Assembly (NCBI GenBank): GCA_018692925.1
Contig: JABHLH010000013.1
Coordinates: forward strand, 7,206-71,205
Direction: 5' to 3'
DNA length: 64,000 nt
DNA from: an archaeon
GTDB lineage: Archaea; Nanobdellota; Nanobdellia; SCGC-AAA011-G17; GW2011-AR17
Shown: piece by piece, positions 41,997 through 57,009 of the stretch
Layout of the letters: each line of letters starts with the position of its first letter
Position numbering within the stretch: position 1 is the first letter of the stretch
The notes under the pieces: generated by a model
Seen by the model: only the letters and a program-made list of their open reading frames with translations
The model's database searches: none
Told to the model about the DNA's origin: nothing
Translations under genes and position numbers: made by a program

Positions 41997-42553
41997 TTTT
42001 TCTTACCTTTCTTCTCTTTCTTTAATTCATCGTCAATCCAATTCAATGCACCAAGTCTATGTTGTCTCATTGTTAAACCAATTTTCGGATTTGAAAGATC
42101 TTTATAACTTACAGCTACAACTCTAGCTCTACATCTATCATTAGTTTTCAAACTTTTTTTACTTTCTTTACCTGTTAAAACATTACTTTTAGCAAAGCTT
42201 ACATAATCATCCATTGTCTGTGAGACATGAATCATTCCATCAATTGGTCCAATATTAATAAATGCACCAAAATCTGTAACATCTAAGATTTTTCCTAAAA
42301 CAACTTCTTGCATTTCAGGTTTAAAACTTAAAATATTAAAATTAGTATCATAATACGCAGCTCCATCTCCAGGGATAATTACACCTTCACCGACATCATC
42401 AACATCAGTTACTCCGATAACTACTCCTAATTCTTTAGAAATGAATCCTTCAAATCTTTGTCTTAAAGCAGCTTTAATAGCATCTTCAGTATTTTCATTA
42501 AAGAAGACGGGATCAACCCTTACATGACCTTTAACTTTTATCTCGTAAAACAT
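41993..42553 (-). CDS. rpoE: RNA polymerase subunit Rpo7 (RpoE')
   Basis: MFYEIKVKGHVRVDP... plus an S1 domain (GKILDVTDFGAFINIGPIDGMIHVSQ). Confidence 0.9.
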   Translation of the reverse strand: MFYEIKVKGHVRVDPVFFNENTEDAIKAALRQRFEGFISKELGVVIGVTDVDDVGEGVIIPGDGAAYYDTNFNILSFKPEMQEVVLGKILDVTDFGAFINIGPIDGMIHVSQTMDDYVSFAKSNVLTGKESKKSLKTNDRCRARVVAVSYKDLSNPKIGLTMRQHRLGALNWIDDELKKEKKGKKK

Positions 42554-42555
42554 TT

Positions 42556-42933
42556 TTATTCAACAACCACATATTTTTTTTGTCTTATTGTTAAGACTTT
42601 CACACCTTTTTCTTTTAGTCTTTTTCTTAATTCTTTATCTACCGTCGCTATAACATAACCAACCAAATCAACTAATTGATCATCAACTGTCCCTTTAAAA
42701 TCACTCTTTAATACCTTTACTTCCTTATTCGCCAAGATTTTCTTCGCAAATGAGGCAGCTTGCTTCTTTGAAAGTAAATTTCCCTTTATAAATCTTTCTA
42801 ATTCTCCTAAGCTACCCTCGAGAACATATAATTCATAGCTAAAATCACAAGCTTTAAAGATCTCATCAAACACATCAATTTTAAGATCCCAAATTGCCAT
42901 TAAAAAGTTTGTATCCAGCACTATTTTTTCCAT
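42556..42933 (-). CDS. PIN-domain protein (Fcf1-like, conserved upstream of rpoE')
   Basis: MEKIVLDTNFLMA..., ...IATVDKELRKRL...; conserved archaeal position. Confidence 0.75.
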   Translation of the reverse strand: MEKIVLDTNFLMAIWDLKIDVFDEIFKACDFSYELYVLEGSLGELERFIKGNLLSKKQAASFAKKILANKEVKVLKSDFKGTVDDQLVDLVGYVIATVDKELRKRLKEKGVKVLTIRQKKYVVVE

Positions 42934-43084
42934 AATTTTCCAAACTAATTTTTACCTTTTTAAAGCTTTCCATTAAAAAAAATAAAACCCTTAAATTCTA
43001 GAGAGTTAAGAGCCCTCTCGTCGAAATATTATAGGCTAAAGAACAGAAAGATATATAAACAAAAGCTCTATAAAACTACTATAA

Positions 43085-47460
<4,376 letters not shown>

Positions 47461-47477
<17 letters not shown>

Positions 47478-47754
47478 AGAAAAAATTGACAAATATTTTG
47501 CTATAACTCAAGAAGCTTATGAAATGGCTAAAGAATCAGATAACAGACTTCCAGAATTAAAAGAAAATAGAATAGATTTCTTAGATATGATTGAAAGATA
47601 TATTAGTGATGCAAAACATTTTGAAGAAAAAGGAGATTTTGTTGATGCATTTGCAGCTTTAAATTATGCTCATGGTTGGTTAGATGCTGGAGCAAGGTTA
47701 GGTTTATTTGATGTGCATGATTCTAGACTTTTTACTGTTGATGATAAAGAATAA
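47461..47754 (+). CDS. DUF357-family protein
   Basis: I prefer the ATG at 47461 ([13 protein letters not shown]...). It has ...[32 protein letters not shown]. The track start at 47428 lies deep inside gyrA. Confidence 0.6.
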
Positions 47755-47784
47755 TTTATATATTAGAAGATCTCATTAACAATT

Positions 47785-48450
47785 ATGAAAACAATAGTAA
47801 TTTCTGTTGGTGGATCTATGATCAATCCAGGAAAAGTAAATATTCCTTTCTTAAAAAAATTAAAAGAAACAATTCTAAATGCTTCAAAAAAGAACAAAAT
47901 TGTAATTGTAACTGGTGGTGGAGCAATTGCTAGAGAATACATAAATGCTCTCAAAGACAAAAACACATATACAAAAGATATCATGGGAATTCATTGTACT
48001 ATGTTAAATGCAAAATTACTTGCTTCAACTTTAGAAAAATGTAACCAAGAGATCCCAACAACTTTAGAAGAAGTAAAAGATCAAACTCAATCTTTCAACA
48101 TTGTAGTTTGTGGAGGTCTAAGACCTGGAACAACATCTGATGGTACAACTGCTGCAATTGCAGATTATCTAAATGCTGACATGTTAATCAATATGACAAA
48201 TGTTAAGGGATTATATACAAAAGATCCAAACAAACATAAAGATGCAAAATTTATTCCAAAAATTTCTCACAAAGAATTCAAGCTAATCATGGACAAAGTT
48301 CAAGAAAAACCAGGACAACATTTCATTTTAGATTCATTAGCTGCAAAAATTTGTAGAGAAGAAAATATTGATGCTGTAATTTTAATGGGTATAAATAATC
48401 TTAAAAAATTATTAGAAAATAAAAAATATCAAGGAACTCTTATTTCTTAG
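47785..48450 (+). CDS. pyrH: UMP kinase, archaeal type
   Basis: IVISVGGSMI, VIVTGGGAIAREY, GLRPGTTSD; about 220 aa. Confidence 0.85.
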   Translation: MKTIVISVGGSMINPGKVNIPFLKKLKETILNASKKNKIVIVTGGGAIAREYINALKDKNTYTKDIMGIHCTMLNAKLLASTLEKCNQEIPTTLEEVKDQTQSFNIVVCGGLRPGTTSDGTTAAIADYLNADMLINMTNVKGLYTKDPNKHKDAKFIPKISHKEFKLIMDKVQEKPGQHFILDSLAAKICREENIDAVILMGINNLKKLLENKKYQGTLIS

Positions 48451-48865
48451 ATTTTTTCTTCCTTTTTTTAACTGTTTTCTTTAATGGAGTTTTACTTTGA
48501 TGCCATTCAATATAAGAAACAATTCCAATAATTAACAATAAAATTAACCCTAAAGATACTGCAATATAACTTTGCGTAACATCATCTTCTAATTCACCAG
48601 CCATTCTAAAATTTCCGTTGGTATCATCATCTTGAGAAGAAATCAAATACAATTGTGCACACTCTTCTTCTTGAGCACAAACACCAAAATTTTCATCAGC
48701 TAATTCACAACAAACAGAATAAATACAATCTCCATCAGTAAAACAACCTACTTCATCTTGACTCAAAGCGTAGAAACCAGTAATACCTGTGCCTAAACAC
48801 ATTAAAGCTGCTAACATAACTATTGTTGTTAAAGTTTTCTGATACATTACATCTAACCAAGACAT
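48440..48865 (-). CDS. Cys-rich acidic membrane protein with a basic tail
   Basis: N-terminal TM/signal, Cys-rich ectodomain (GCFTDGDCIYSVCCELADENFGVCAQEEEC), a second TM, and a KKTVKKRKKKSKK tail. Confidence 0.5.
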   Translation of the reverse strand: MSWLDVMYQKTLTTIVMLAALMCLGTGITGFYALSQDEVGCFTDGDCIYSVCCELADENFGVCAQEEECAQLYLISSQDDDTNGNFRMAGELEDDVTQSYIAVSLGLILLLIIGIVSYIEWHQSKTPLKKTVKKRKKKSKK

Positions 48866-48930
48866 TTCTCTATTTAAACCTTTCTCTATAAAAAAATATA
48901 TTTATAAACTAAACAGAATTTCAATATACC

Positions 48931-49416
48931 ATGATAATTGTATTAACAGGTACCCCTGGAACAGGAAAGAGTTCTTTAGCAAAAGCTTTAGCAAAAAAAC
49001 TAAAATTCCCTTATTTAGATGTTAACAAAGTTATTGATAAAGAAAATTTAATTATTGAATATGATAAAGAAAGAGATTCTAATGTTGTCGACGAAAATAA
49101 GTTATCAAAAGTACTAGTAAAATTAATCAAATCAAACAAAGATTTAATTATTGATTCACACCTTTCCCACTATATTCCACAAAAACATGTAGATTTTTGT
49201 ATTGTTACAAAGTGTGACCTTAAAGTTTTAAAGAAAAGACTTGAAAAAAGGAAATACTCAAAAAGTAAAGTTAGAGAAAATATGGATGCTGAGATTTTTG
49301 ACATCTGTTTAAATGAAGCAATTGAAGCAAAACACAATATTATCATTCTTGACACAACTAAAAGAACATTAAAAGGATTAATAAAAACTGTAGAAAATGA
49401 AATTAATAAAAACTAA
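48931..49416 (+). CDS. putative adenylate kinase/NTPase (Fap7/AK6-like)
   Basis: MIIVLTGTPGTGKSSLAKALA P-loop; 161 aa. Confidence 0.75.
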   Translation: MIIVLTGTPGTGKSSLAKALAKKLKFPYLDVNKVIDKENLIIEYDKERDSNVVDENKLSKVLVKLIKSNKDLIIDSHLSHYIPQKHVDFCIVTKCDLKVLKKRLEKRKYSKSKVRENMDAEIFDICLNEAIEAKHNIIILDTTKRTLKGLIKTVENEINKN

Positions 49417-50008
49417 AGATAACTCTTTCACATTTTTCAACGAAGAATTCCAAGAACATTATCATTCTATTTCTGGAGCTTTAGAAGAAGCAAACAAAAA
49501 ATTCATTGAACCTTTAGAATTAAAAGATGGAATGACTATCCTTGACATTTGTTTTGGCCTAGGATACAATACCTTAGCAGCTATTGAGAAATATAAAAAT
49601 CTAAAAATAATTGCCTTAGAAAATGACCCTAAAATTTTAGAAGAATTACAAAGAATTGAACTTAAAGGTAAATTTGAGATAATAAAAAAATTAACAAAAG
49701 AAAAATACTACAAAGATGAAAACTATGAAATCACTTTAATCCTTGGAGATGCAAAAGAAACAATAAAACAAGTTAAAGATAAAGTTGATATTGTTTTTCT
49801 TGATCCCTTTTCACCTAAAAAAAATCCAGAACTTTGGACAAAGGAATTCTTTTCAGACATTTATTCTATAATGAAAAAAGAAAGTAAATTAGCAACATAT
49901 TCTTGTGCAGGTCAAGTTAGAAGAAATTTAAAAGAAGTTGGCTTTAAAATCAAAGATGGACCTTGTGTTGGTAGAAGGGCTCCAAGTACTATTGCAATAA
50001 AAAAATAA
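49397..50008 (+). CDS. MnmC-type SAM-dependent tRNA methyltransferase domain (DUF752-like), stand-alone
   Basis: ILDICFGLGYNTLAA, VDIVFLDPFSPKKNPELWT, LATYSCAGQVRRNLKEVGF. Collinear with the methyltransferase half of bacterial MnmC. Confidence 0.75.
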   Translation: MKLIKTKDNSFTFFNEEFQEHYHSISGALEEANKKFIEPLELKDGMTILDICFGLGYNTLAAIEKYKNLKIIALENDPKILEELQRIELKGKFEIIKKLTKEKYYKDENYEITLILGDAKETIKQVKDKVDIVFLDPFSPKKNPELWTKEFFSDIYSIMKKESKLATYSCAGQVRRNLKEVGFKIKDGPCVGRRAPSTIAIKK

Positions 50009-50851
50009 TTAAGATTTACGACGTCTTTTCTTTTTAATTTTCTTCGCTTTACTGATAGTATACTTCCCTAAATATCTAAAAAACAAAACTGCCCCAGTCA
50101 TTTCAAAAGTTCCTGGAGAAACAATATACACAGTAGCAAGAGCATAAGCTATTTTTGATTCTTTAGGATGATCAACAATATACTTTACTTTTGTTTTAAT
50201 ATAATCTACATCTAATCTAATAAACTCATAAATTTCAGTTTTTTGTAATGAAGAAATAATTACTAAAATCCTCTCTGCATGCAATTTAACAACTTTAGAA
50301 TTACCAACATTCTTTGCTAGTTTATGCAATTCTCTTTGCAACTGCAACAACAACTTCCAAGATTTCTTAAATTTCTTATTATTTAATTGATACCTTTTAG
50401 GCAACTCCTCAGACAACTCAAAGAAAACATGATTCAATTCAACTTCTTTCTCTGACAAAGACTTAAACTTTCTTATTTTTCTTAAAAAATATCCATCTTT
50501 TCCACTTAAAATAAAACTTACATAAGAAAAACCCACACTAAAAAAATTAACTTGTCTTAAAACTTTACTCTCTTCTAACAAAACTTCATTTATTTCACTA
50601 AGGTTAAATACTATAGGCTTTACAAATTTATTTCTAAACTTTTCATCCATATGCAATTTCAAAAGTGACTTATTCAATTTTTTATTCACAATAATTTCTT
50701 TAGTAATTACCAGATGTAATTTATTCAAAGTTTTAACAGATTTCGTATAACTCTTAACATCAAGTTCTTCAACCAACTCAAATTTTTTAGAATTTAAAAC
50801 TAATCTTTGTAACAACAACTTCTCAATCTTTCTAAACATAATAACATACAA
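50009..50851 (-). CDS. hypothetical K-rich protein (280 aa)
   Basis: Track ORF; a C-terminal hydrophobic segment plus a KKIKKKRRRKS tail. Confidence 0.45.
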   Translation of the reverse strand: MYVIMFRKIEKLLLQRLVLNSKKFELVEELDVKSYTKSVKTLNKLHLVITKEIIVNKKLNKSLLKLHMDEKFRNKFVKPIVFNLSEINEVLLEESKVLRQVNFFSVGFSYVSFILSGKDGYFLRKIRKFKSLSEKEVELNHVFFELSEELPKRYQLNNKKFKKSWKLLLQLQRELHKLAKNVGNSKVVKLHAERILVIISSLQKTEIYEFIRLDVDYIKTKVKYIVDHPKESKIAYALATVYIVSPGTFEMTGAVLFFRYLGKYTISKAKKIKKKRRRKS

Positions 50852-50871
50852 GCCCTTAGCTTATTTAAACT

Positions 50872-51246
50872 TTATTCTTCAATAACTAAGTAAGAACTAT
50901 CTAAAGAAGCAAAACGATTTTGTGAAAAAATATTTCTCCCATTAATTTTACTAGGGAAACCAACTTTACTCCCTACATTTAATCTATTATTAATATCAAC
51001 AACATCTTTCCAATCCTCAGAATCTAAACTTAAAGATAAGCTACCATATTCTGTTTCAACACTTATCCTATATAATCTTCCATTAGAACCATCAATAAAC
51101 AACTCATCAACAACAGAACCTTCTAAATAATCCACAGGCAATTCTAAAGAAAGATCTCTATTAATATAAGCACTATTAACAACAAAGCCACTTGCTAAAG
51201 CTCCAATTGCAAAAATTCCTCTTATAGTTTCAAAATGCATAAACAA
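50872..51246 (-). CDS. hypothetical membrane-anchored protein (124 aa)
   Basis: N-terminal hydrophobic segment IRGIFAIGALASGFVV. Confidence 0.45.
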   Translation of the reverse strand: MFMHFETIRGIFAIGALASGFVVNSAYINRDLSLELPVDYLEGSVVDELFIDGSNGRLYRISVETEYGSLSLSLDSEDWKDVVDINNRLNVGSKVGFPSKINGRNIFSQNRFASLDSSYLVIEE

Positions 51247-51271
51247 AATAAAAAAGAACTAATTTATAAAT

Positions 51272-51580
51272 TTATTCTAATAATTCAATTGAGATATTTA
51301 CATTCTCTGGAATATTAACTCTCATAATTAATCTTAATGTTCTTTCATCAACACCAACATCAATTAATCTCTTATGAACTCTCATTTCAAAATTATCAAA
51401 AGAAGCTTTTCCTTCACCATCAGGACTTTTTCTTGTGGTCAATTTCAATTTCTTTGTTGGTAATGGAATAGGACCAGAAATTTTAACTTTAGTTTTCTCT
51501 ACAACATCTGTAATAGATTTAATAATTTCATTTAATTTATTAATATCGTTACTTGATAATTTTATTCTCGCTTTTTGCAT
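51272..51580 (-). CDS. rps10: ribosomal protein S10
   Basis: [16 protein letters not shown]...[24 protein letters not shown]...[12 protein letters not shown]. Confidence 0.95.
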   Translation of the reverse strand: MQKARIKLSSNDINKLNEIIKSITDVVEKTKVKISGPIPLPTKKLKLTTRKSPDGEGKASFDNFEMRVHKRLIDVGVDERTLRLIMRVNIPENVNISIELLE

Positions 51581-51630
51581 ATTTTTTTCCTCTCACTCTT
51601 GTTTTAAAATAAAAATAAAAAAAAGAAGAT

Positions 51631-52908
<1,278 letters not shown>

Positions 52909-52995
52909 TTTACAATGCCTCCTGATTATAATCAGTAATACTTGAGCCTATGAAAAAGTTGAGGATTTATAAAGGTTTCGATGGTATTTAATAAG

Positions 52996-54018
52996 CTAAG
53001 CTCTCAAATCAGCGACAATCCTACTTGCTATGTACTTAATTCCATCCATATCACTAAATTTTTCTCTCATTTTTTCAGTAGCTTCTAACATATCTAAACT
53101 TTCTAGTGTTTTAATATTATGGTAAATTTCGGCATCATCTCCATGCCCATAAGGATGATGAATAACTTTTTTTCCAACTTGTTGCGCATCCCAAATAAAA
53201 CCAAAACCAGCTCTTCCATATAATTGAACAACATTAGGATGACTAATTACTTTAGGGCTCATTTTTTGAAACTCATCAGTTTCATACCAACTTGGAATAA
53301 TTGGATTGAATCCTTCACTTCTAAATTCTCTTGCTTTTTCTAAAATAGAATCAATATCGCTTCCAGTTCCACTTAACATAAAATACATAGAATTCTCTAA
53401 AATTTCACCATCAAATCCTCTTGCCAAAGGTTGTTGAGGTGGAGTTTTAATTTCTCTTTCAAAATTTTCTCTTTCTAAATAAGAAAAAGTATGATAATCT
53501 GGAATGAACATAAACTCAAATTTTTCTTCTACTTCCTTCATCATAAAACTACAAGCTCTTAGTTTTCTTTCATTAAAAACATTAGATAAAAATTTATTAT
53601 CAGCTGATCTCATTAAAATTTCAGAAAAAATTGCAGGAAATGCATAATAACTTTTTTCAGCCTCTGTAACTATTTTAGCACCATAATTTATTTCTAAATC
53701 AAAACCACCATAATTTTGATCTAAATATCTTTTAATATTTTCTTCAGCTAATTTCCTAAAACTCAATAAACTACTTACATGTTCTTCAAATCCATAAGCT
53801 TTCATTAACAATGGATCATAAAATTCTTTCAAACCTTGATCTAATTTAACAATTCCATCAAGACCTAAATCCTTCAAAATAATCTCTTGTCTTTTTCCAT
53901 TAATATGTGGAACAACAATCTCAACTTCTTTACCTAATTCTAATGCAACTTGCAAAGCAACATGAGTTCCAATAATAAAAGGTGCATTTCCATGTGTAGG
54001 ATTAACAAATATTTTCAT
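52996..54018 (-). CDS. hypothetical protein, possibly a GT-B-fold glycosyltransferase
   Basis: C-terminal LYGRAGFGFIWDAQQVGKKVIHHPYGHGDDAEIYHN resembles MurG/GT1 donor-binding blocks. Weak. Confidence 0.4.
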   Translation of the reverse strand: MKIFVNPTHGNAPFIIGTHVALQVALELGKEVEIVVPHINGKRQEIILKDLGLDGIVKLDQGLKEFYDPLLMKAYGFEEHVSSLLSFRKLAEENIKRYLDQNYGGFDLEINYGAKIVTEAEKSYYAFPAIFSEILMRSADNKFLSNVFNERKLRACSFMMKEVEEKFEFMFIPDYHTFSYLERENFEREIKTPPQQPLARGFDGEILENSMYFMLSGTGSDIDSILEKAREFRSEGFNPIIPSWYETDEFQKMSPKVISHPNVVQLYGRAGFGFIWDAQQVGKKVIHHPYGHGDDAEIYHNIKTLESLDMLEATEKMREKFSDMDGIKYIASRIVADLRA

Positions 54019-54071
54019 AAAATTTGAAATAAAGAATGTGTATTTAAAACTTATGATTAAAAAAATAAAAA

Positions 54072-54329
54072 TTATTCTTGACTTAAATATTCATCAATAG
54101 ATTTACCATCAATTTCAGCATAAAATCTCTTACCATCTTTTTCAATAAATAACTCTGGTTTATCATCCATTATAACATTTGCTCTTTCAATTGTTGGTTC
54201 ATTAACATATTTATTTAAAGCTGATAACCCTAAATAGGTTCCATAACCACCTATAGCTAAACTACCTAAAATAATTGTTCCACCTAATAATTCACCATAA
54301 GTAAAACCTTTTCTATTATTCATTAACAT
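54072..54329 (-). CDS. type IV pilin-like protein (class III signal peptide)
   Basis: I prefer the ATG at 54327-54329 (MLMNNRKG|FTYGELLGGTIILGSLAIGGYGTYLGL), about 25 nt from a TATA-like ttttaaataa. The track uses an upstream TTG at 54350. Confidence 0.55.
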   Translation of the reverse strand: MLMNNRKGFTYGELLGGTIILGSLAIGGYGTYLGLSALNKYVNEPTIERANVIMDDKPELFIEKDGKRFYAEIDGKSIDEYLSQE

Positions 54330-54409
54330 CTTACATTTCGAAAAATACAAATCTTATTTAAAACTTCCCATCAACAAGCTTTATAAAGGATTAACCTCCA
54401 AAAAAACAT

Positions 54410-55432
54410 ATGGAACATGCAGTAATCATGGCAGGTGGCTCAGGAACTAGATTCTGGCCTTTGAGTACAAAAGATAAACCTAAACAGTGTCTATCTCTCT
54501 TCTCAGAAAAGACTCTTATAGAAGAAACTATTGACAGATTACTTCCTATATTCAATAAAGAAAATATTTACATTGCTACAAGTCAAAAACTAAAAGAACA
54601 AATGCAAACTGTTCTTCCTGGAATTAATTTTATTGTTGAACCTTGTGCAAAAAACACTGCTGGCTGTATTGGCTTAGCTTCTATTGAAATTCTAAAAAAA
54701 GATCCTGAAGCAATAATTTTCATTGAAACAGCTGACCACATTTACGGAAATTTAGAAAAATATCATCAATCAATCAAAAATGCAATTGAACTTGCAAAAG
54801 ATGACAAAATTGTAACAATTGGAATCAAACCTTCTTATCCTTCTACTGGTTATGGTTACATTCAACCTGGAGAAGAATACAAACAAGCTTTCAAAGTTAA
54901 TGCTTTCAGAGAAAAACCAAACAAAGACACAGCTGAAAAGTTTATTACAAATGGTTACTTATGGAATGCAGGATTATTCACTTTCAAAGCAAAAAAAATG
55001 CTTGAAGAACTAGAAAAGTACCAAAATGATAATTACAAAATTTTAATGAACATCTTTAATGGTGCAAACCTTGAAGAGGAGTTCTCAAAACTAAAATCTA
55101 TTTCCATTGACTATGCTATCGCTGAAAAATCTACAGATTTACTAGTAGTAAAAGCTGATATGCCTTGGGAAGACATTGGAAAATGGAACACTTTAGAGAA
55201 AACTAACGAAAAAAACTCTGAAGGAAACACAATAATTGCAGGAAAAAATCTTTCTATTGAAAGTACAGGTAATCTTATTCACTCAAAAAAATTAGTTGCA
55301 ACTTTAGGTATAGACAACTTAGTTATTGTAGAAACTGACAAAGCAATTCTAATTTGTCCAAAAGAAAGATCTGAAGATGTTAAAAAAATAGTTCAAAAAT
55401 TAAAAGAAGAAAACATGGATGAATATCTATAA
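54410..55432 (+). CDS. mannose-1-phosphate guanylyltransferase (no isomerase/cupin domain)
   Basis: AVIMAGGSGTRFWPLS and the rest of a nucleotidyltransferase fold; 340 aa. Confidence 0.85.
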   Translation: MEHAVIMAGGSGTRFWPLSTKDKPKQCLSLFSEKTLIEETIDRLLPIFNKENIYIATSQKLKEQMQTVLPGINFIVEPCAKNTAGCIGLASIEILKKDPEAIIFIETADHIYGNLEKYHQSIKNAIELAKDDKIVTIGIKPSYPSTGYGYIQPGEEYKQAFKVNAFREKPNKDTAEKFITNGYLWNAGLFTFKAKKMLEELEKYQNDNYKILMNIFNGANLEEEFSKLKSISIDYAIAEKSTDLLVVKADMPWEDIGKWNTLEKTNEKNSEGNTIIAGKNLSIESTGNLIHSKKLVATLGIDNLVIVETDKAILICPKERSEDVKKIVQKLKEENMDEYL

Positions 55433-56707
55433 AAATTCTTCACCAATTCTTTCATTAAATTCGCCCCTTAAATTTTCCATATACATTTCTTTAACTTCCT
55501 TAGGATAATTTGAAAGCAACCAAGCCAATTTAATATAAGAAGTTTCAGGAGTCATATCAGATAAATTTCCAATAACACCAATATCCAACAAAGTTCTTCC
55601 AGGAGAATAAACATTCATATCAATTCTTCCAAAAATTGTTTGTGGGCTCATAACTACTGGCATTTTCCCTACCAACTTTTTAATTTGATCTAAAATTTTC
55701 TTATTTTCTTTAGTAAAATCATCAATCTCAGTTATAGGCATATGTCCTAAACCAGTTCCAATTAAAACTAAACCATTATACTTTTCAAAAACTTTCAATT
55801 GGTCAGCAAACATATTTGGATAAGCTTTTACAATACCAACTTTAACTTCTTTGAACAATTTTAATTTTAATTTTTCATTACTTTTTTCTTTTTCTTTCTC
55901 TAACATTTTTACTGATCTAGTTTTATAATTTATTTCTGCAATTGCTTTTGCATTAATTGGTTTAAATGCATCTCTTCTTGAACTATGTAACTTTCTACTT
56001 TTCAAACCAGGTAAAATCCAGCAAACATCATCATCAGCATTTTTATGCATACAAATTCCTACACCATGAAACTTAGAATTAACAATAAACTCTACAGCAC
56101 AAATCAAATTCATTGCAGCATCAGAACTTCCTCTATCACTTGATCTTTGTGCACCAACTAAAAGTACAGGAACATTCAAATTTTCTAAAACAAAACTTAA
56201 AGCAGCACTTGTATAATGCATAGTATCTGTACCATGAGTAATAATAATTCCATCAACACCTTTTTTGACTTCTTTTTCAACAGCCTTTGCTAACAAATTA
56301 TAATGTTCAAATCTCATATCTTCAGAGACCATATTCCTTACTAATTTAGAATCAACATTAGCTAATTTTTCTAATTCAGGAAACATTGAAAGAATTTCTT
56401 CAGGTTTAAACTTTGCAACAACTCCTCCAGTTTCATAATCAACTTTAGAAGCAATTGTTCCTCCAGTATGTAAAATACAAACTTTCTTTTTATTTTTTGA
56501 AGGTTTATGTTCTTTTAATTTCACTTTTTTTTCTTTAAAATTCTTTAAAACTTTTACAGATTTTACTTTCTTTTTTAGAACACCTAAATTATAACCAGAA
56601 TCTAATTTTAGAACAATTGAGTCATCTTTATTTGAAGGCATTAAAATTCCTTCCATTTTTTTATCTTTTGTTTCAACAAAAACCCTGTCTCCTACTTTGC
56701 CTTCCAT
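55427..56707 (-). CDS. gatD: Glu-tRNA(Gln) amidotransferase subunit D
   Basis: N-terminal GatD-specific domain plus an asparaginase core (LHTGGTIAS, THGTDTM). Confidence 0.9.
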   Translation of the reverse strand: MEGKVGDRVFVETKDKKMEGILMPSNKDDSIVLKLDSGYNLGVLKKKVKSVKVLKNFKEKKVKLKEHKPSKNKKKVCILHTGGTIASKVDYETGGVVAKFKPEEILSMFPELEKLANVDSKLVRNMVSEDMRFEHYNLLAKAVEKEVKKGVDGIIITHGTDTMHYTSAALSFVLENLNVPVLLVGAQRSSDRGSSDAAMNLICAVEFIVNSKFHGVGICMHKNADDDVCWILPGLKSRKLHSSRRDAFKPINAKAIAEINYKTRSVKMLEKEKEKSNEKLKLKLFKEVKVGIVKAYPNMFADQLKVFEKYNGLVLIGTGLGHMPITEIDDFTKENKKILDQIKKLVGKMPVVMSPQTIFGRIDMNVYSPGRTLLDIGVIGNLSDMTPETSYIKLAWLLSNYPKEVKEMYMENLRGEFNERIGEEFL

Positions 56708-56821
56708 GGGTCAATATAAAGAACAGTTTGTTTAAAAGATTTTCTTATTTCAATTTAATTATTTATATTATAAAGAGAAATACAAAATAAACTTCAAAAT
56801 ATATTTTCAAAAATATAATAC

Positions 56822-56829
56822 TTTATATA
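56822..56829 (+). promoter_or_regulatory. TATA box (cTTTATATAc) about 30 nt upstream of the first TTGGCG hairpin
   Basis: Same motif class as the other promoters; there is no ORF start at the expected distance. Confidence 0.4.
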
Positions 56830-56859
56830 CTAGAAACTGTGAATAATAATTAACTTTCA

Positions 56860-56922
56860 GGTTTTGGCGAACCTTACGGTTGAAATTTAACGATTTAAAA
56901 CAAACCTTTTTTGGCGAAAAGG
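56860..56922 (+). other. two stem-loops with different stems and the identical hexaloop TTGGCG
   Basis: ggtt-TTGGCG-aacc (56860-56873) and cctttt-TTGGCG-aaaagg (56905-56922). Each is followed by (a/g)ACGATTT (56889-56896 and 56928-56935). Confidence 0.5.
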
Positions 56923-56960
56923 CAATTGACGATTTCTTAAGCAGATAGAGTCAACTATCA

Positions 56961-56968
56961 TTTATAAA
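56961..56968 (+). promoter_or_regulatory. proximal TATA box (caTTTATAAAga) upstream of ftsZ2
   Basis: Lies 28 nt before the ATG at 56996 and 42 nt before the ftsZ ATG at 57010. Confidence 0.45.
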
Positions 56969-57009
56969 GATTTGGATAGTTTAAACTATAAAAAAATGGG
57001 GAAAAGAAA

